A stretch of 64,000 nucleotides of DNA from Nitrososphaerota archaeon (GCA_038845265.1 JAWBQR010000001.1:96001-160000), one strand, 5' to 3'; counted from the first letter of the stretch, positions 37,841 through 48,725 are shown. Made by a program: numbers and translations. Notes: generated from the letters alone by a model not told the origin.

Positions 37841-38473
37841 ATGTCGAAAAAGGCAGAGCGGAGCAGGGCGCCGAAGTCTCTCTACTTGATTAGGGCGCCG
37901 AGCTATTTCGGCAACAAGGAGATAGGCACGACCCTATGCGACGACCCAGCAAAGCTCATTGGACGCACGGTAAAGGTCAGCCTCTACAACCTCACCGACG
38001 ACTTCAGCAAGCAGTACATGATTATCAGGTTTAAGATAATTAGGGTTGATGGAAGCGAGGCCCACACAGTCTTCTATGGACACGAATATGGAAGAGAATT
38101 TCTTAGAAGCCTAGTCAGAAGGGGAACGTCACGGATCGATGGTTACTACAACCTTAAGACTCTGGACAACGTAGCGATGAGGGTTCAGGGAACAGTCTTC
38201 ACAGTTAAGAGAGAGACATCGGGGAAAAAACGCATAATTAGACGCATAATGAAGGAGGTACTCGAGGCTTCCTCCTCTAAGCTGACGCTTGACCAGTTTG
38301 CCCAGGAGCTCGTGCTTGGAAAGACAGCATCAGACATCTATAACTCTGTCAAGAAGATACTGCTTCCAAGACACGTAGGAATCGTAAAATCAAAGGTATT
38401 ATCGCTTCCGCAAGATGTCCTAAAAGAGATGCCTAAGACAGAGATAGCTGAGACCACAGAGAATAGTGGATGA
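37841..38473 (+). CDS. rps3ae: 30S ribosomal protein S3Ae (eS1)
   Basis: APSYFG, LIGRTV and GHEYGREFLRSLVRRGTSRID. Confidence 0.95.
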   Translation: MSKKAERSRAPKSLYLIRAPSYFGNKEIGTTLCDDPAKLIGRTVKVSLYNLTDDFSKQYMIIRFKIIRVDGSEAHTVFYGHEYGREFLRSLVRRGTSRIDGYYNLKTLDNVAMRVQGTVFTVKRETSGKKRIIRRIMKEVLEASSSKLTLDQFAQELVLGKTASDIYNSVKKILLPRHVGIVKSKVLSLPQDVLKEMPKTEIAETTENSG

Positions 38474-38485
38474 ATGATTAGGGAT

Positions 38486-38845
38486 TTATCTTCGTAAATG
38501 TCTGCTGCTATATTTTCTTAAGTAGTATCCTTCCTCCTTCATTGGGCCGAAGCTTCTCACGCCCAGGTTCTTAACCTGGTCTCTCAGCTCCTGGGATAGC
38601 TTACCATCTATCTCTCCCCTCTCTTCTAGGTATTTAATGACCTCCAGCGCTTCCTCGTCGTTGCTGCATCTTCTGAGATAGTCGATTGGTCCCGGGGTAT
38701 AGCTTTCTGGAATGGTCTGAGCCTCTCGCTCAGCCTCTTCAACATCAAGCCTGACTGAGTCTATCCTAACCGACATGTCCTGCCTCAATATTTCTCGGTA
38801 GAGTCTTGGGAAAAGCTTCTTGAAGTCTCTTAGATCCCACTCCGT
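38486..38845 (-). CDS. DUF2095-family protein (start uncertain: ACG at 38845 or TTG at 38788)
   Basis: YTPGPIDYLRRC..DEEALEVIKYLEERGEI and GVRSFG...GYY. The upstream in-frame EWDLRDFKKLFPRLYREI resembles the family N-terminus. Confidence 0.75.
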   Translation of the reverse strand, partial: TEWDLRDFKKLFPRLYREILRQDMSVRIDSVRLDVEEAEREAQTIPESYTPGPIDYLRRCSNDEEALEVIKYLEERGEIDGKLSQELRDQVKNLGVRSFGPMKEEGYYLRKYSSRHLRR

Positions 38846-38938
38846 CGCCTATCCCACCCAGTGATTATAATAGGCACTCTCAATAAATGTCTTTCCATCT
38901 GTATAATCTTTTTAGGTGGCATGCATGTTGGATTATTA

Positions 38939-39634
38939 ATGAATTTTGACATTAAGCATAGGCCATCATATGCATTGCTTGAGGTTAAGCTTGAGCCCAA
39001 TGAGTCGATAAGAGCTGAGGCAGGAGCCATGACCTACATGTCTCCGAACATTGATGTAAGAACGGTGATGCGGGAGTCGAGCTTCATAGAGACGCTGGGG
39101 CTGAAGCTCCTGGGTGGCCAGTCATTCTTCGTCAATGAATACGCCGCGAAATATTCATCTGGAGTCGTGGGGCTTGTCTCTGCGCCTCTAGGAGACATCG
39201 CGCATCTAGTGGTCTCGGATGGGAGAGGCTTCATTATCCAGAAGTCTGCATACGTTGCTTCCAGCCCTACAATAGACCTAGATATTAAGTGGCAGGGATT
39301 CACGAGGGGAATATTTGGACAGGGGCTCTTCATGATAAAGGTGACTGGGAGAGGAGACCTATTTATCAACACTTTCGGAGCGATCGAGAAGAAGACCCTA
39401 GTGCCGGGAGAGGAGCTCATCGTCGATAACTTCCATGTAGCGGCATTCTCAGAGACATGTAGATACGAGGTGAAGAAATTCGGGGGACTCAAATCGACAC
39501 TGCTTGGCGGCGAGGGGCTTGTCTTGAGAGTGACAGGCCCAGGCGATGTATACATCCAGACGAAGAACCCGGCAGAGTTCGCGGAGTGGCTCTGGGTGCT
39601 CCTTGAGCCATACGTCAGGTCTCGTTCAAGATAA
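38939..39634 (+). CDS. AIM24/TIGR00266-family protein
   Basis: IRAEAGAM, LLGGQSFFVNEY, GQGLF, IVDNFHVAAF and GEGLV..VTGPG.VYIQT. Confidence 0.9.
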   Translation: MNFDIKHRPSYALLEVKLEPNESIRAEAGAMTYMSPNIDVRTVMRESSFIETLGLKLLGGQSFFVNEYAAKYSSGVVGLVSAPLGDIAHLVVSDGRGFIIQKSAYVASSPTIDLDIKWQGFTRGIFGQGLFMIKVTGRGDLFINTFGAIEKKTLVPGEELIVDNFHVAAFSETCRYEVKKFGGLKSTLLGGEGLVLRVTGPGDVYIQTKNPAEFAEWLWVLLEPYVRSRSR

Positions 39635-39653
39635 ATTCAAAACGAGTTTCGAC

Positions 39654-40247
39654 ATGAACAGGTCGGAGCTGATAGCTGGGTGCTGCGGCATAATCAGCCC
39701 AGTGCTTGGGATCGGTCTTGTATTGATCGCGACGACACTCTCAGGAAGATTTAGCTGGGAGAGGAATGCTCTCAGCGATCTCGGGGTGGCCGAGCCAGCA
39801 GCCGCGATGCTCTTCAACAGCTCGCTCATACTGGCCGGCGTACTCTTCCTATGCTTCGTATACGGACTCCTGAAACAAGTCAGCGATGACAAGAAATACA
39901 GGTCTGGGCTGGCCTTTCTTCTCGCGGGGGGAGTGTCGCTGATTTTTATCGGCATCTTCACCGAGCACTATGGAGTGCTTCACTTCATCTTCTCCGCGGG
40001 ATACTTCATCCTCACCCCCATCGGCATCATTTTGATCGGGGCGTCGCGCCCCTCTAGGCTGGTCAGCCAGAGAGTCAGAATAATAAGCATAATAGAGGGA
40101 TCATCGTCATTGTTTGTAATCACAGTGGCTTATCTACTCCTCAACTCGGTTGGGTTGAGAGTGGGCTTCGCGGTCCCAGAGTTAGCGGCATCACTCATAA
40201 TCTCATTCTGGGTAATCATGATTGCAGCGAGGCTTATCAGACATTGA
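39654..40247 (+). CDS. DUF998-family membrane protein
   Basis: FSWERNALSDLG, FNSSLI, GIFTE...H and AVPEL. Confidence 0.8.
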   Translation: MNRSELIAGCCGIISPVLGIGLVLIATTLSGRFSWERNALSDLGVAEPAAAMLFNSSLILAGVLFLCFVYGLLKQVSDDKKYRSGLAFLLAGGVSLIFIGIFTEHYGVLHFIFSAGYFILTPIGIILIGASRPSRLVSQRVRIISIIEGSSSLFVITVAYLLLNSVGLRVGFAVPELAASLIISFWVIMIAARLIRH

Positions 40248-40305
40248 CAGGATTATTCTAAAAAATTAATTACTCTATGATTAATGATTTATTTCTGGAT
40301 GAATC

Positions 40306-41106
40306 ATGGCTCGGAGAATCGTTGGTCTCCTGACTGATTATGGAGTGATTGATACATATGTAGGAGAATTGAAGGCGGCACTGCTCTCGAGGAACCCTGA
40401 ACTCACAATTGTGGACATTACGCATTCTGTCAGTCCATTCAATATTCTTGAGGGCGCCTTTCTCCTCTATCTATCCTATCGCCACTTTCCAGTTGATACG
40501 ATCTTTCTCGTGGTTGTAGACCCAGGCGTCGGAACGGTTAGGAGGGGAGTTGCCTTGAAGACAGATAGATACTGGTTCGTCGCTCCCGACAATGGAGTTG
40601 CATATCCCGCGGCATACGAGGATAGGATAATATCCACCTACATGATAGACCAATCCAGGCTCAGAACATATGGAGGAGAAACATTTCACGGAAGAGATAT
40701 CTTCGCACCAGTGGCAGCAATGATCTCTATGGGTGAACTAGACTTATTGATCGAGATAGACCCGAACAGCCTCGTCAAGCTTCAGCTCCCCTCGCCCATC
40801 ATTAATAAAAATGAGATAGAGGCGACCATACTTCATGTCGATAACTTCGGAAACGCAGTGCTAAATGTTTCGCGGAAGAGTTTTGGACACCTCATCGATA
40901 GACTGGTAGGAGAAACAATTGATGTATCCATTGGCCGTAGGAGATATAGGGCTAGACTCGTTGAGGCATATGGAGACGAAAAGAGGAGCAGAGTCGTCGC
41001 TCTCTGGGGAGGGACAGGGTTCCTCGAGGTCTCAGTGGTGGAGGGAAGCTTCGCTAAGAGAAGCGGAGCAAAACCAGGAATGAGAATGAAGATTAGGTGG
41101 CACTAG
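40306..41106 (+). CDS. SAM hydroxide adenosyltransferase (DUF62; chlorinase/fluorinase superfamily)
   Basis: [37 protein letters not shown] and VDNFGN. Confidence 0.92.
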   Translation: MARRIVGLLTDYGVIDTYVGELKAALLSRNPELTIVDITHSVSPFNILEGAFLLYLSYRHFPVDTIFLVVVDPGVGTVRRGVALKTDRYWFVAPDNGVAYPAAYEDRIISTYMIDQSRLRTYGGETFHGRDIFAPVAAMISMGELDLLIEIDPNSLVKLQLPSPIINKNEIEATILHVDNFGNAVLNVSRKSFGHLIDRLVGETIDVSIGRRRYRARLVEAYGDEKRSRVVALWGGTGFLEVSVVEGSFAKRSGAKPGMRMKIRWH

Positions 41107-42881
41107 CCTGCGACTGCCTCTATCGGCAGTGACTCAAATTCTTTGACCATGGCCTCCCTCAGCTGCTTAAGCCTCTCAACCTCTGTATTCTTGACTTCAT
41201 ACCTCGCCCTAAGAATATCAGGTATAATCTTCATGGCCCTTATGCGGTCTATGCTCACCCCTCTCCTCAGCGCCGCCTCTGCTAACTCGTAGAATTCCAC
41301 GAATATCCTCATCAATTCGTACTGCTTCTCTGGGCTACAGTAAGAGTCGACCTCGTCATAGGCGCTCTGCTGTAGATATCCCTCCCTGATCATGCGGGCC
41401 GCATCGAGTACCAGTTTTTCCTCATCTGCAAGCGACTCAGGCCCGAGAAGCCTAACAATCTCGAGCAGCTCATCCTCCCTCCTAAGTATCTGGTATAGCT
41501 TTGTCCTCAATATGTGCCAGTCCTTCGCAACCTTCTCAACCCACCATGACTTCACCGTATCGACATATGCAGAATAGCTCTGAATCCAGTTGATTGCTGG
41601 ATAATGCCTCGTATAAGCGAGGTTTGCATCGAGGGCCCAAAAGACCCTGACGAATCTAAGGGTATGCGTCGTCACCGGCTCGGTAAAGTCTCCTCCCGGA
41701 GGCGAGACAGCACCGACTAGAGTCATACTGCCTATTCTCTCTGGCTTTCCCAGGACGACGACTCTTCCAGCCCTCTCGTAGAACTCTGCAAGCCTACTTG
41801 CCAAGTAGCTTGGGTACCCTTCCTCAGCCGGCATCTCCTCTAGCCTGCCACTTATCTCCCTCAGCGCCTCGGCCCACCTGCTCGTTGAGTCTGCAACGAG
41901 CAGTACATCATAGCCCATGTCTCTGTAGAACTCAGCTATTGAAGCCCCCGTATAGATGCTGGCCTCCCTCGCCGCTACTGGCATATTGCTAGTATTCGCG
42001 ATGAGGACTGTTCTCTCCATCAACGGCCTGCCTGAGCGAGGATCAACAAGTTTGGGGAAGCCAGTCAACACCTCGGCCTCCTCGTTGCCCCTCTCCCCAC
42101 AGCCAATGTGTAGAATCACTTGAGCATCGCTCCACTTAGAAAGCTGGTGAAGAGTCACGGTTTTGCCAGTGCCGAAGGCCCCTGGTATGCATCCAGTCCC
42201 TCCCTTAGCCATCGGGAAAAGTGTATCAAGAACTCTCTGACCAGTAATTAGCGGTATGACTGGATCGAGCCTGCTCTTAAATGGCCTAGGAGTCCTAACC
42301 GGCCACCTATGATGCAGCATAACTTTCTCAACTCTTCCGTCCGTTGAGATCTCTGCTACGACGTCCTCAACACTGTAGTCGCCCTCATCGGCTATGTATT
42401 TAACCTCGCCCGGCGGATAGTTCGGAGGCACCATTATCTTGCATTTTACCAGAGGCGTCTCCTGCACCTCGCCCAGAATTGTGCCGGGCTCAACTCTTAC
42501 TCCTCTTTTGACCAGAGGCATGAATCTCCACTTATTCTCGACTGGGAGTGAAGGTACCGATATTCCTCGCCTGACGAACGGGCCTACCGCTAAGGCTATT
42601 CTGTCAAGGGGTCTCTGGACACCGTCGTAGACGCTCCCAATCATTCCTGGACCAAGCGTGACTGAAAGCGGCTGCCCAGTACCAATCACGGGCTCTCCTG
42701 GAGAGAGGCCTGAAGTGTTCTCGTATACTTGGATGAAGGCTGTGTCTCCTGTCAGCCGTATGACCTCGCCTATCAGCCTCTCCCTGCCGACATATACCAT
42801 CTCATACATCTTTGCACCCATCATTCCATCAGCCTTGACGGCCGGCCCCGCTATCCAGATTATCTTTCCCTTAACCGCCAT
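41103..42881 (-). CDS. atpA: A/V-type ATP synthase subunit A
   Basis: [38 protein letters not shown]; no intein. Confidence 0.98.
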   Translation of the reverse strand: MAVKGKIIWIAGPAVKADGMMGAKMYEMVYVGRERLIGEVIRLTGDTAFIQVYENTSGLSPGEPVIGTGQPLSVTLGPGMIGSVYDGVQRPLDRIALAVGPFVRRGISVPSLPVENKWRFMPLVKRGVRVEPGTILGEVQETPLVKCKIMVPPNYPPGEVKYIADEGDYSVEDVVAEISTDGRVEKVMLHHRWPVRTPRPFKSRLDPVIPLITGQRVLDTLFPMAKGGTGCIPGAFGTGKTVTLHQLSKWSDAQVILHIGCGERGNEEAEVLTGFPKLVDPRSGRPLMERTVLIANTSNMPVAAREASIYTGASIAEFYRDMGYDVLLVADSTSRWAEALREISGRLEEMPAEEGYPSYLASRLAEFYERAGRVVVLGKPERIGSMTLVGAVSPPGGDFTEPVTTHTLRFVRVFWALDANLAYTRHYPAINWIQSYSAYVDTVKSWWVEKVAKDWHILRTKLYQILRREDELLEIVRLLGPESLADEEKLVLDAARMIREGYLQQSAYDEVDSYCSPEKQYELMRIFVEFYELAEAALRRGVSIDRIRAMKIIPDILRARYEVKNTEVERLKQLREAMVKEFESLPIEAVAG

Positions 42882-42936
42882 AGGTCAATCTCATAATGCT
42901 TAGCCATCTAAAAACCCTTCAACCCCATAGCCGAGA

Positions 42937-43674
42937 CTACACTATAAGTGTATAGATCTTGTACGTTGTGACAATTACGATGAGTAGACCAAATATCTGT
43001 CTCAGCCTACTGCTTGAGACACGCGAGCTTGTCAACTTTGCGCCCGCAAAGGACCCAATAGCACCCAGAATCACTAGCGGAGCCATGAGCCCGGTATCCC
43101 ACTTGGCCGCGCCGAGATGAGGAATCAGTGAGGAGAATGATGGAGGAGTGACTGCGAATGCGTTGATTCCTGCGGCCTTCTTTGGATCATGTCCAAGAAT
43201 AACAAGCGTCGGCATTAGAAGGAATCCGGGACCTACGCCTAGGAATCCGCTCAGGACCGATATCGGAACGGCCAAAACGACCGCCAACCCAAAGTTTTCA
43301 TTCTCTAGAGATTCTTTTGCAGGCCTAAACAACCGGTATGTTAGGTATATGACGGCCGTGAAGTAGAGCAGCCAGACGTATCTTTGCTCGACGAACTGGA
43401 CGAGGAGAGCACCAACCGGAGCCGAGACAGTCGTCACCACTGCCAGCATCGTTGCCTTCCTCCAATCCACTAAACCACTTCTAGCAAAGCCAATCGTAGC
43501 AAGAAGAGCCGTGACTCCGTTCAGGAGCAGGCTCAGCGGCTGCACCTGATGAACCAGGTCTGTCATGAATAGGCCTAGGAACGGGATCGCTGCGAATGCT
43601 ACGCCGAGGCCAAGCATGCCCGAAACGAGTGAGAGCACAAAGATTCCGGCAAAAATCAGAAGAGAATCAATCAT
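42937..43674 (-). CDS. TauE/SafE (sulfite exporter/TSUP) family membrane protein
   Basis: Twin SGMLGLG and SGFLGVGPG repeats; about 8 TMs. Confidence 0.85.
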   Translation of the reverse strand: MIDSLLIFAGIFVLSLVSGMLGLGVAFAAIPFLGLFMTDLVHQVQPLSLLLNGVTALLATIGFARSGLVDWRKATMLAVVTTVSAPVGALLVQFVEQRYVWLLYFTAVIYLTYRLFRPAKESLENENFGLAVVLAVPISVLSGFLGVGPGFLLMPTLVILGHDPKKAAGINAFAVTPPSFSSLIPHLGAAKWDTGLMAPLVILGAIGSFAGAKLTSSRVSSSRLRQIFGLLIVIVTTYKIYTLIV

Positions 43675-43729
43675 ATTTATCCCCCCTTAAAACAAAGAAA
43701 TAACACCTTACTCAGCCCTTGTTTTTAGT

Positions 43730-44332
43730 CTAAGTCATCAATTCTTTGATGATCATTGTGCGTATCTCGCTTCTCAATCTTTCTAGGCGGGCCTCGATTG
43801 TGTTGTCGAGCTGGACAGTGCCTTCCTTATTCATGATTCTTATTCCTCCGATGGTCTTAAGGGAAACTGGCTCGATGCTGAATTCTACGTTCAATTCCCT
43901 CGTGATTCTCTCCGCCACTCTCGCAACTCGCTCCCTATCGTCCTCGCTGCAGGTTATCCTGAAGCTCCTACCACCTATCGCCTCGACCGCTCCTCTCATC
44001 AGGACCTCTAGGGATTTCTCATACGTCTCCGAGTTCTTTAATTCTTTGACCCTCTCGATTGATTCCTTGATGACGCTTTCCACCAATTCCTCGATTGCCT
44101 GGAGATATCTCCTCTTCGCATCTAGCTCTGCCTGACCGATTCTCTTGACGGCCTCTATCCTCGCCTCCCTAGCAATGATTGTTAGCTCGTTCTTCAGCCT
44201 CTCCATCGTCTCTGATTTGTGTTGCCTAAGCCTGCTGAGCCCCTCCTCCAGCGCCTGGTCAATTGATTTCTCGCATTGGCTGAATGCTTCGCTCACGACC
44301 TCCCTAATAAGCTCCTCGAGGCTCATCGACAA
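43730..44332 (-). CDS. atpE: A/V-type ATP synthase subunit E
   Basis: Coiled-coil N-terminus and IGGIRI...DNTIEARLE. Confidence 0.88.
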   Translation of the reverse strand: MSMSLEELIREVVSEAFSQCEKSIDQALEEGLSRLRQHKSETMERLKNELTIIAREARIEAVKRIGQAELDAKRRYLQAIEELVESVIKESIERVKELKNSETYEKSLEVLMRGAVEAIGGRSFRITCSEDDRERVARVAERITRELNVEFSIEPVSLKTIGGIRIMNKEGTVQLDNTIEARLERLRSEIRTMIIKELMT

Positions 44333-44368
44333 TTCTTCTTCACTCTCCAGTTATCTCTTCATGCTGAT

Positions 44369-44665
44369 TCATATACCTAGAACCTGCCTCATGATTGCTC
44401 TATAGTCGACCCGCCTGACCTCTGAGCCCGGAGCTGGTATCTGATAGATGATTGGGACCGTCAGCCTGGACCTAAGCTCGTTTAGCCTCTTTGAGAATTC
44501 TTCACCATATTCATCGCTCACGAGTAGCATGCCTATCTCCGGGTTCTGGATGAGCTTATTGACGGCCCTAGTCGCCTCCTCAACAGTCTCCGCCACCACT
44601 CCACCCACACCTGCCAGTCTAAGCGTGTTGACGAAGACTCTACCACCGACCGCTACCACCCTCAA
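44369..44665 (-). CDS. atpF: A/V-type ATP synthase subunit F
   Basis: MRVVAVG...LRLAGV, PIIYQIP and RQVLGI. Confidence 0.88.
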   Translation of the reverse strand: MRVVAVGGRVFVNTLRLAGVGGVVAETVEEATRAVNKLIQNPEIGMLLVSDEYGEEFSKRLNELRSRLTVPIIYQIPAPGSEVRRVDYRAIMRQVLGI

Positions 44666-44728
44666 ACCACAAAACTAAACAACGCCTTTACTTTTATAAC
44701 TATCCTCATACTCATTGTTGAAGTGGTG

Positions 44729-44800
44729 GGGCCGGTAGATCAGTGGTAGATCGCCCGCCTCGCACGCGGGAGGCCGCGGGTTCGAATCCCGCCCGGTCCA
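44729..44800 (+). tRNA. tRNA-Ala(CGC)
   Basis: Acceptor GGGCCGG/CCGGTCC with G3:U70; anticodon arm CCCGC-CT-CGC-AC-GCGGG; GGTTCGAATCC. Confidence 0.96.
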
Positions 44801-45063
44801 TTCATTATCTTTTTTATGTTTCGAATCGCCTACGCTGTTTAGATACCGTAAAGCACTACAGTATCGTTAAAAAGTAATAAATCAAAATATCACTAAAGAG
44901 TTATCTATCTCTCAAGTGTTTTTACAAAATTTGTCCGTTAATTACGTTGAATTTCGGTAAACATTTTCTAAGCGATATTCCTGGCAATCCTGATTTATTT
45001 TAGACCGACAGTCGTTGCTCTGATTTAAAACTTAATATCCTACATTATGAATCATATTAATTT

Positions 45064-45660
45064 GTGAAGCCTTTACCGATATTTATTGCTGTGTTTCTCG
45101 TTGTAGGGTTTATTTTGGGCTTTACTTTAGGCTCACTGGCGAGTTTATCCACTAAAACTGTGACTGTTTTCGGCGGAACTATTGAGACCGAGACTTTGAC
45201 GAGTTACACATTTGTAGAGAAAGTCGTAACCTTGACTAAGCCTACGACTATTGTTTCTTTGAGTGAAAAAACCATTATAAATACGATAACTATGACGGTC
45301 ACCAAAACATTCTATAAGACTGATAGAAGCATCAATGCATCCTGTATTGTCTTCAGGACTAGCAAAGATGTTTACAAGATGTCTGAGGAGGTCATAATAG
45401 TTTTGAAGAATAATTGTAATTATGCCCTAGTTCTACCCAATTCAGCTCCGTGGGTGGTAACCGACGCTGATGGCAGGGTTGTTTACTCTCCGATAGCATT
45501 ACAAGTTATTAGAGAGGTTAGTCCCGGCGGCGAGCTTAAGTGGGTCTGGGAGCAAAGAGATAATGGGGGCGGGCAAGTCCCGCTTGGAACATACTATGCA
45601 AGAATTTTTACGTTAAATGGTGGTGTGTTTGTAGTCGAGTTTAAGATAATTGAGGTCTAA
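45064..45660 (+). CDS. Membrane-anchored protein with a Thr-rich linker and an Ig-like (BsuPI-like) domain
   Basis: N-terminal TM, Thr-rich stretch, TSKDVYK..EEV and VWEQRDNGGGQVPLGTY. Confidence 0.65.
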   Translation: MKPLPIFIAVFLVVGFILGFTLGSLASLSTKTVTVFGGTIETETLTSYTFVEKVVTLTKPTTIVSLSEKTIINTITMTVTKTFYKTDRSINASCIVFRTSKDVYKMSEEVIIVLKNNCNYALVLPNSAPWVVTDADGRVVYSPIALQVIREVSPGGELKWVWEQRDNGGGQVPLGTYYARIFTLNGGVFVVEFKIIEV

Positions 45661-45698
45661 AAGATAAAAAATAAGGAGTGGATAAAATAATGGATGTT

Positions 45699-48600
45699 TT
45701 AGCTTCCGGTATTCAGGAATGTTATAATCTCGTCTATTAGCTGCGCTCTTGTTCCGGCGTCGCTTATAGCCTCGAATCCGAAGCTTAGATAGACTAGTCT
45801 ATATGGTGTTGACGGCGCAGGCATGGCTGATGGGAATCTTATACCTCCAGCAATCGGATCTCCTCCTAAAGTGAATAAGTCACCTTCTTCATCTAGGTAA
45901 TTGAATATCGCCGTTGAGCCTCCGATGGGTAGTATGCCATCTGCAAAATATTGATTATCTGCTCCATCACCATCCCATATAACGAGCATCATCTCATTAC
46001 CATCAGGCGGGCCTACAGGATCACTTACAGGATCATTTGGAACACCGGCCAAAGCTAAAACACCATAATAATCATCATCATCTTGTTCCGAGGTTATGTC
46101 ATCAAATAGGTAGTCTGCTTTGAGGAAGTTGTTGTACCAGAGGATTGCATCAAATGATGGAGCCCAATATGAGTACATCACAAATTCATTTAGATACCAA
46201 CCTATTTCTTGCCCAGTTATGAAGAGTTTCTTCCCAGCTCCTAGATAGCTTGACAAGGTTGATCTCTCATATCTCGTCAATGTGGTAGATGCGTCATCTC
46301 CAGTAAACCATATTGTGATCGCGTATGGTGCTAGGTCTCCTGGGCTCGGTGGACCTGCTTCGAAGACGTCCCAATAAGCAAAGCTATATCCAGCATCCGT
46401 TAAAGCCGCAGTAAACCACTCTGAGTAATCAGGCCATCCTAGCGCCCCACTACCATCATCGTCAACTAAAATTATTGTTGCGCCACTCGCGGGTTTGAAA
46501 CCAAATATTGGTACTCTCTTATTCACCGTTGATGGCGAGCCTGTGCCGCTCTGCTTGTATACGTGCCACCAGAAATCTGCTGTACCTGTAGCAGTTGCAG
46601 AGCTGATGGTGCTAGTTACAGATGATCCCTTAAAGATTCTTGTAACTGCTCCTGAGCCGACGAGCTTCCCCCAATGTGCAGATGGAGGCATCTGTACTCC
46701 GAAATTGTATGTTTTTCCAGATAATGGTCTATAGACGAGCGTATCGACGGGTCTCTCAACATCATACAAAGAGTCAACAACGATTTTTGCGTATGGAGGA
46801 TTGTCTAAGTCTCCAAGATTAAGGAATGGGTGTATCCTTACATCATCGGGCAATACATGAAGGTTAATATCCATGTCTCTACCAGCCACGTCCTCGACTC
46901 TCGGGAAGTCCGGATGCTCTAAAGCACAGATTTCACCAAAATAGTTGCACCACTGGGAACTTACCGCCCATTCGATCCATCCTGGATTGTACTGGTTCCA
47001 CGTCGTTACTACTGTGAGATATGTTGTCGGCTTAACCTTAGCCATGTAGAAGTCTACGTCCTCTGTTATCTGTCCAGCAGTGACTGTCACAGTTCTGGTC
47101 TGCGTGACGTATCCTTTCTTGGTTACTGTCAGGGTATATGTTCCGGGTGCCAATCCCGTGATTGTGTAGAAGCCACCATTATTGCTGAACGCGTATTTTA
47201 TAGTCGTGGCCTTAACCTTGGCCCCTCCGAGAGTATCGTAGAACCAGTCTGAGTTCTCCGCATCTATTATCTGGCCCTGAATACCAGTAAGGGTTATTCC
47301 GAGAGCCCTAGCTATATCCACTCTGGGCACAGGTTTCGGGAAGCCCTTCTCAGGTCCTAGTAACCTTCCAGTAAATACTAGTTGATCCATAACTTGAAGG
47401 TTATTCCATGTCGGGTTTTTACCCCAAACCCTCGCAGCCGCTGCAGCAACAATCGGAGCTGAGAAAGATGTCCCGCCATACCATACATAGTAAGCATTAT
47501 AGATACCTAGAGTTAGTATCCTGAATCCTGGCGCGGCGATGTCTACATAATTCAGCGTGTTGGTTCCATAGTTGCTGAAATATGTTCTCGCATCAGTCTC
47601 ATCCGTTGCCGCTACTGTAAAGCTGCTCGGTATAGCCGCAGGAACTGGAACAAGATCATAGTAGGGCGTAAAGGGATCATCATAATAATACGTTATTAGG
47701 TTATCTTCATTGCCGGCCGCGGAGACAACAATCTTACCTTGATCAACACACAAATCGATGATGTCCTCGAACATCAAATACTCATCTGATTCGTAATCTA
47801 CGTATCCCCCTAGGCTCAAGTTTATTATCTTAACAGAATCTACACTGCAGGCCTCTATCAACCCACTCATTACATCATCGAATGTTCCCTCACCATTTTC
47901 ATCTAGTACTCTGATTGCGTATATCATGCTCCTTGGAGATATTCCAGCTATACCCTTAGCATTATTCACCTTGGCGGCGATTATTCCCGCCACAGCTGTA
48001 CCATGACCATACTCATCATATGGATCATAATCGCCATCAACATAATCATATCCCAGTATCACTTTTCCAATGAGTTCTTCATGGTCGTATTGGACTCCGG
48101 TATCTATCACGGCTACTGTTGGCGCCGTTGAAGCTATAGGTGCAAGGTCTTCCTTGGTCTTGAAGAGATACCATTGATAAGACCTGAATGGGTCTGCTGT
48201 TGGAGCTTTAGGCGATACCTCAGGTTTACCCCTAAACGCTTCATGCCTTATTGGTGGAGCCTTAACCTTAAAGTTCCTCGCAACATACAATACATTTTGA
48301 TTCTTCTTTAGCTCTACCTCAGCTTGTTTAGCCTTTTCTTCATCCTCAAACTTCAACAACTTGACAATCTTCTCCTCACCTTTACGGCCTAAGATTGCGA
48401 CATCTTTTACGGAGAGAGGCTTAACCTTTCTTACGATCTCATCAGCCTTCTCCCTTGTCAATGTAGGCTTAAAAACAATTATTCTCTCCCCCTTAACATA
48501 ATTAGCTCCAGTCTTTATCTCCTCAATAGTTTTAAGAATCGGCTCAGCCCTTTCCTTAATCTTCTCCTCTATTGACGGAGAAATCCTGGGTAGACGCTTA

Positions 48601-48725
48601 GCGAAATCCTTAGACTCATCTATCACGAGCGAGCTAGTCGGCGTAACAAAGGTCAGCAAAGTCGACGTGAATAACAAAACGATTAGAAGAAAAGAGCCGA
48701 CACCCATAACATATACTTTTTTCAT
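45699..48725 (-). CDS. Secreted subtilisin-like S8 serine protease, multidomain
   Basis: Signal peptide and propeptide; catalytic VIDTG, HGTAVAG and GTSFSAP; a carboxypeptidase-regulatory-like domain (GFYTITGLAPGTYTLTV); an acidic C-terminal domain (ILVDDD...YLSFGFE). Confidence 0.92.
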   Translation of the reverse strand: MKKVYVMGVGSFLLIVLLFTSTLLTFVTPTSSLVIDESKDFAKRLPRISPSIEEKIKERAEPILKTIEEIKTGANYVKGERIIVFKPTLTREKADEIVRKVKPLSVKDVAILGRKGEEKIVKLLKFEDEEKAKQAEVELKKNQNVLYVARNFKVKAPPIRHEAFRGKPEVSPKAPTADPFRSYQWYLFKTKEDLAPIASTAPTVAVIDTGVQYDHEELIGKVILGYDYVDGDYDPYDEYGHGTAVAGIIAAKVNNAKGIAGISPRSMIYAIRVLDENGEGTFDDVMSGLIEACSVDSVKIINLSLGGYVDYESDEYLMFEDIIDLCVDQGKIVVSAAGNEDNLITYYYDDPFTPYYDLVPVPAAIPSSFTVAATDETDARTYFSNYGTNTLNYVDIAAPGFRILTLGIYNAYYVWYGGTSFSAPIVAAAAARVWGKNPTWNNLQVMDQLVFTGRLLGPEKGFPKPVPRVDIARALGITLTGIQGQIIDAENSDWFYDTLGGAKVKATTIKYAFSNNGGFYTITGLAPGTYTLTVTKKGYVTQTRTVTVTAGQITEDVDFYMAKVKPTTYLTVVTTWNQYNPGWIEWAVSSQWCNYFGEICALEHPDFPRVEDVAGRDMDINLHVLPDDVRIHPFLNLGDLDNPPYAKIVVDSLYDVERPVDTLVYRPLSGKTYNFGVQMPPSAHWGKLVGSGAVTRIFKGSSVTSTISSATATGTADFWWHVYKQSGTGSPSTVNKRVPIFGFKPASGATIILVDDDGSGALGWPDYSEWFTAALTDAGYSFAYWDVFEAGPPSPGDLAPYAITIWFTGDDASTTLTRYERSTLSSYLGAGKKLFITGQEIGWYLNEFVMYSYWAPSFDAILWYNNFLKADYLFDDITSEQDDDDYYGVLALAGVPNDPVSDPVGPPDGNEMMLVIWDGDGADNQYFADGILPIGGSTAIFNYLDEEGDLFTLGGDPIAGGIRFPSAMPAPSTPYRLVYLSFGFEAISDAGTRAQLIDEIITFLNTGS

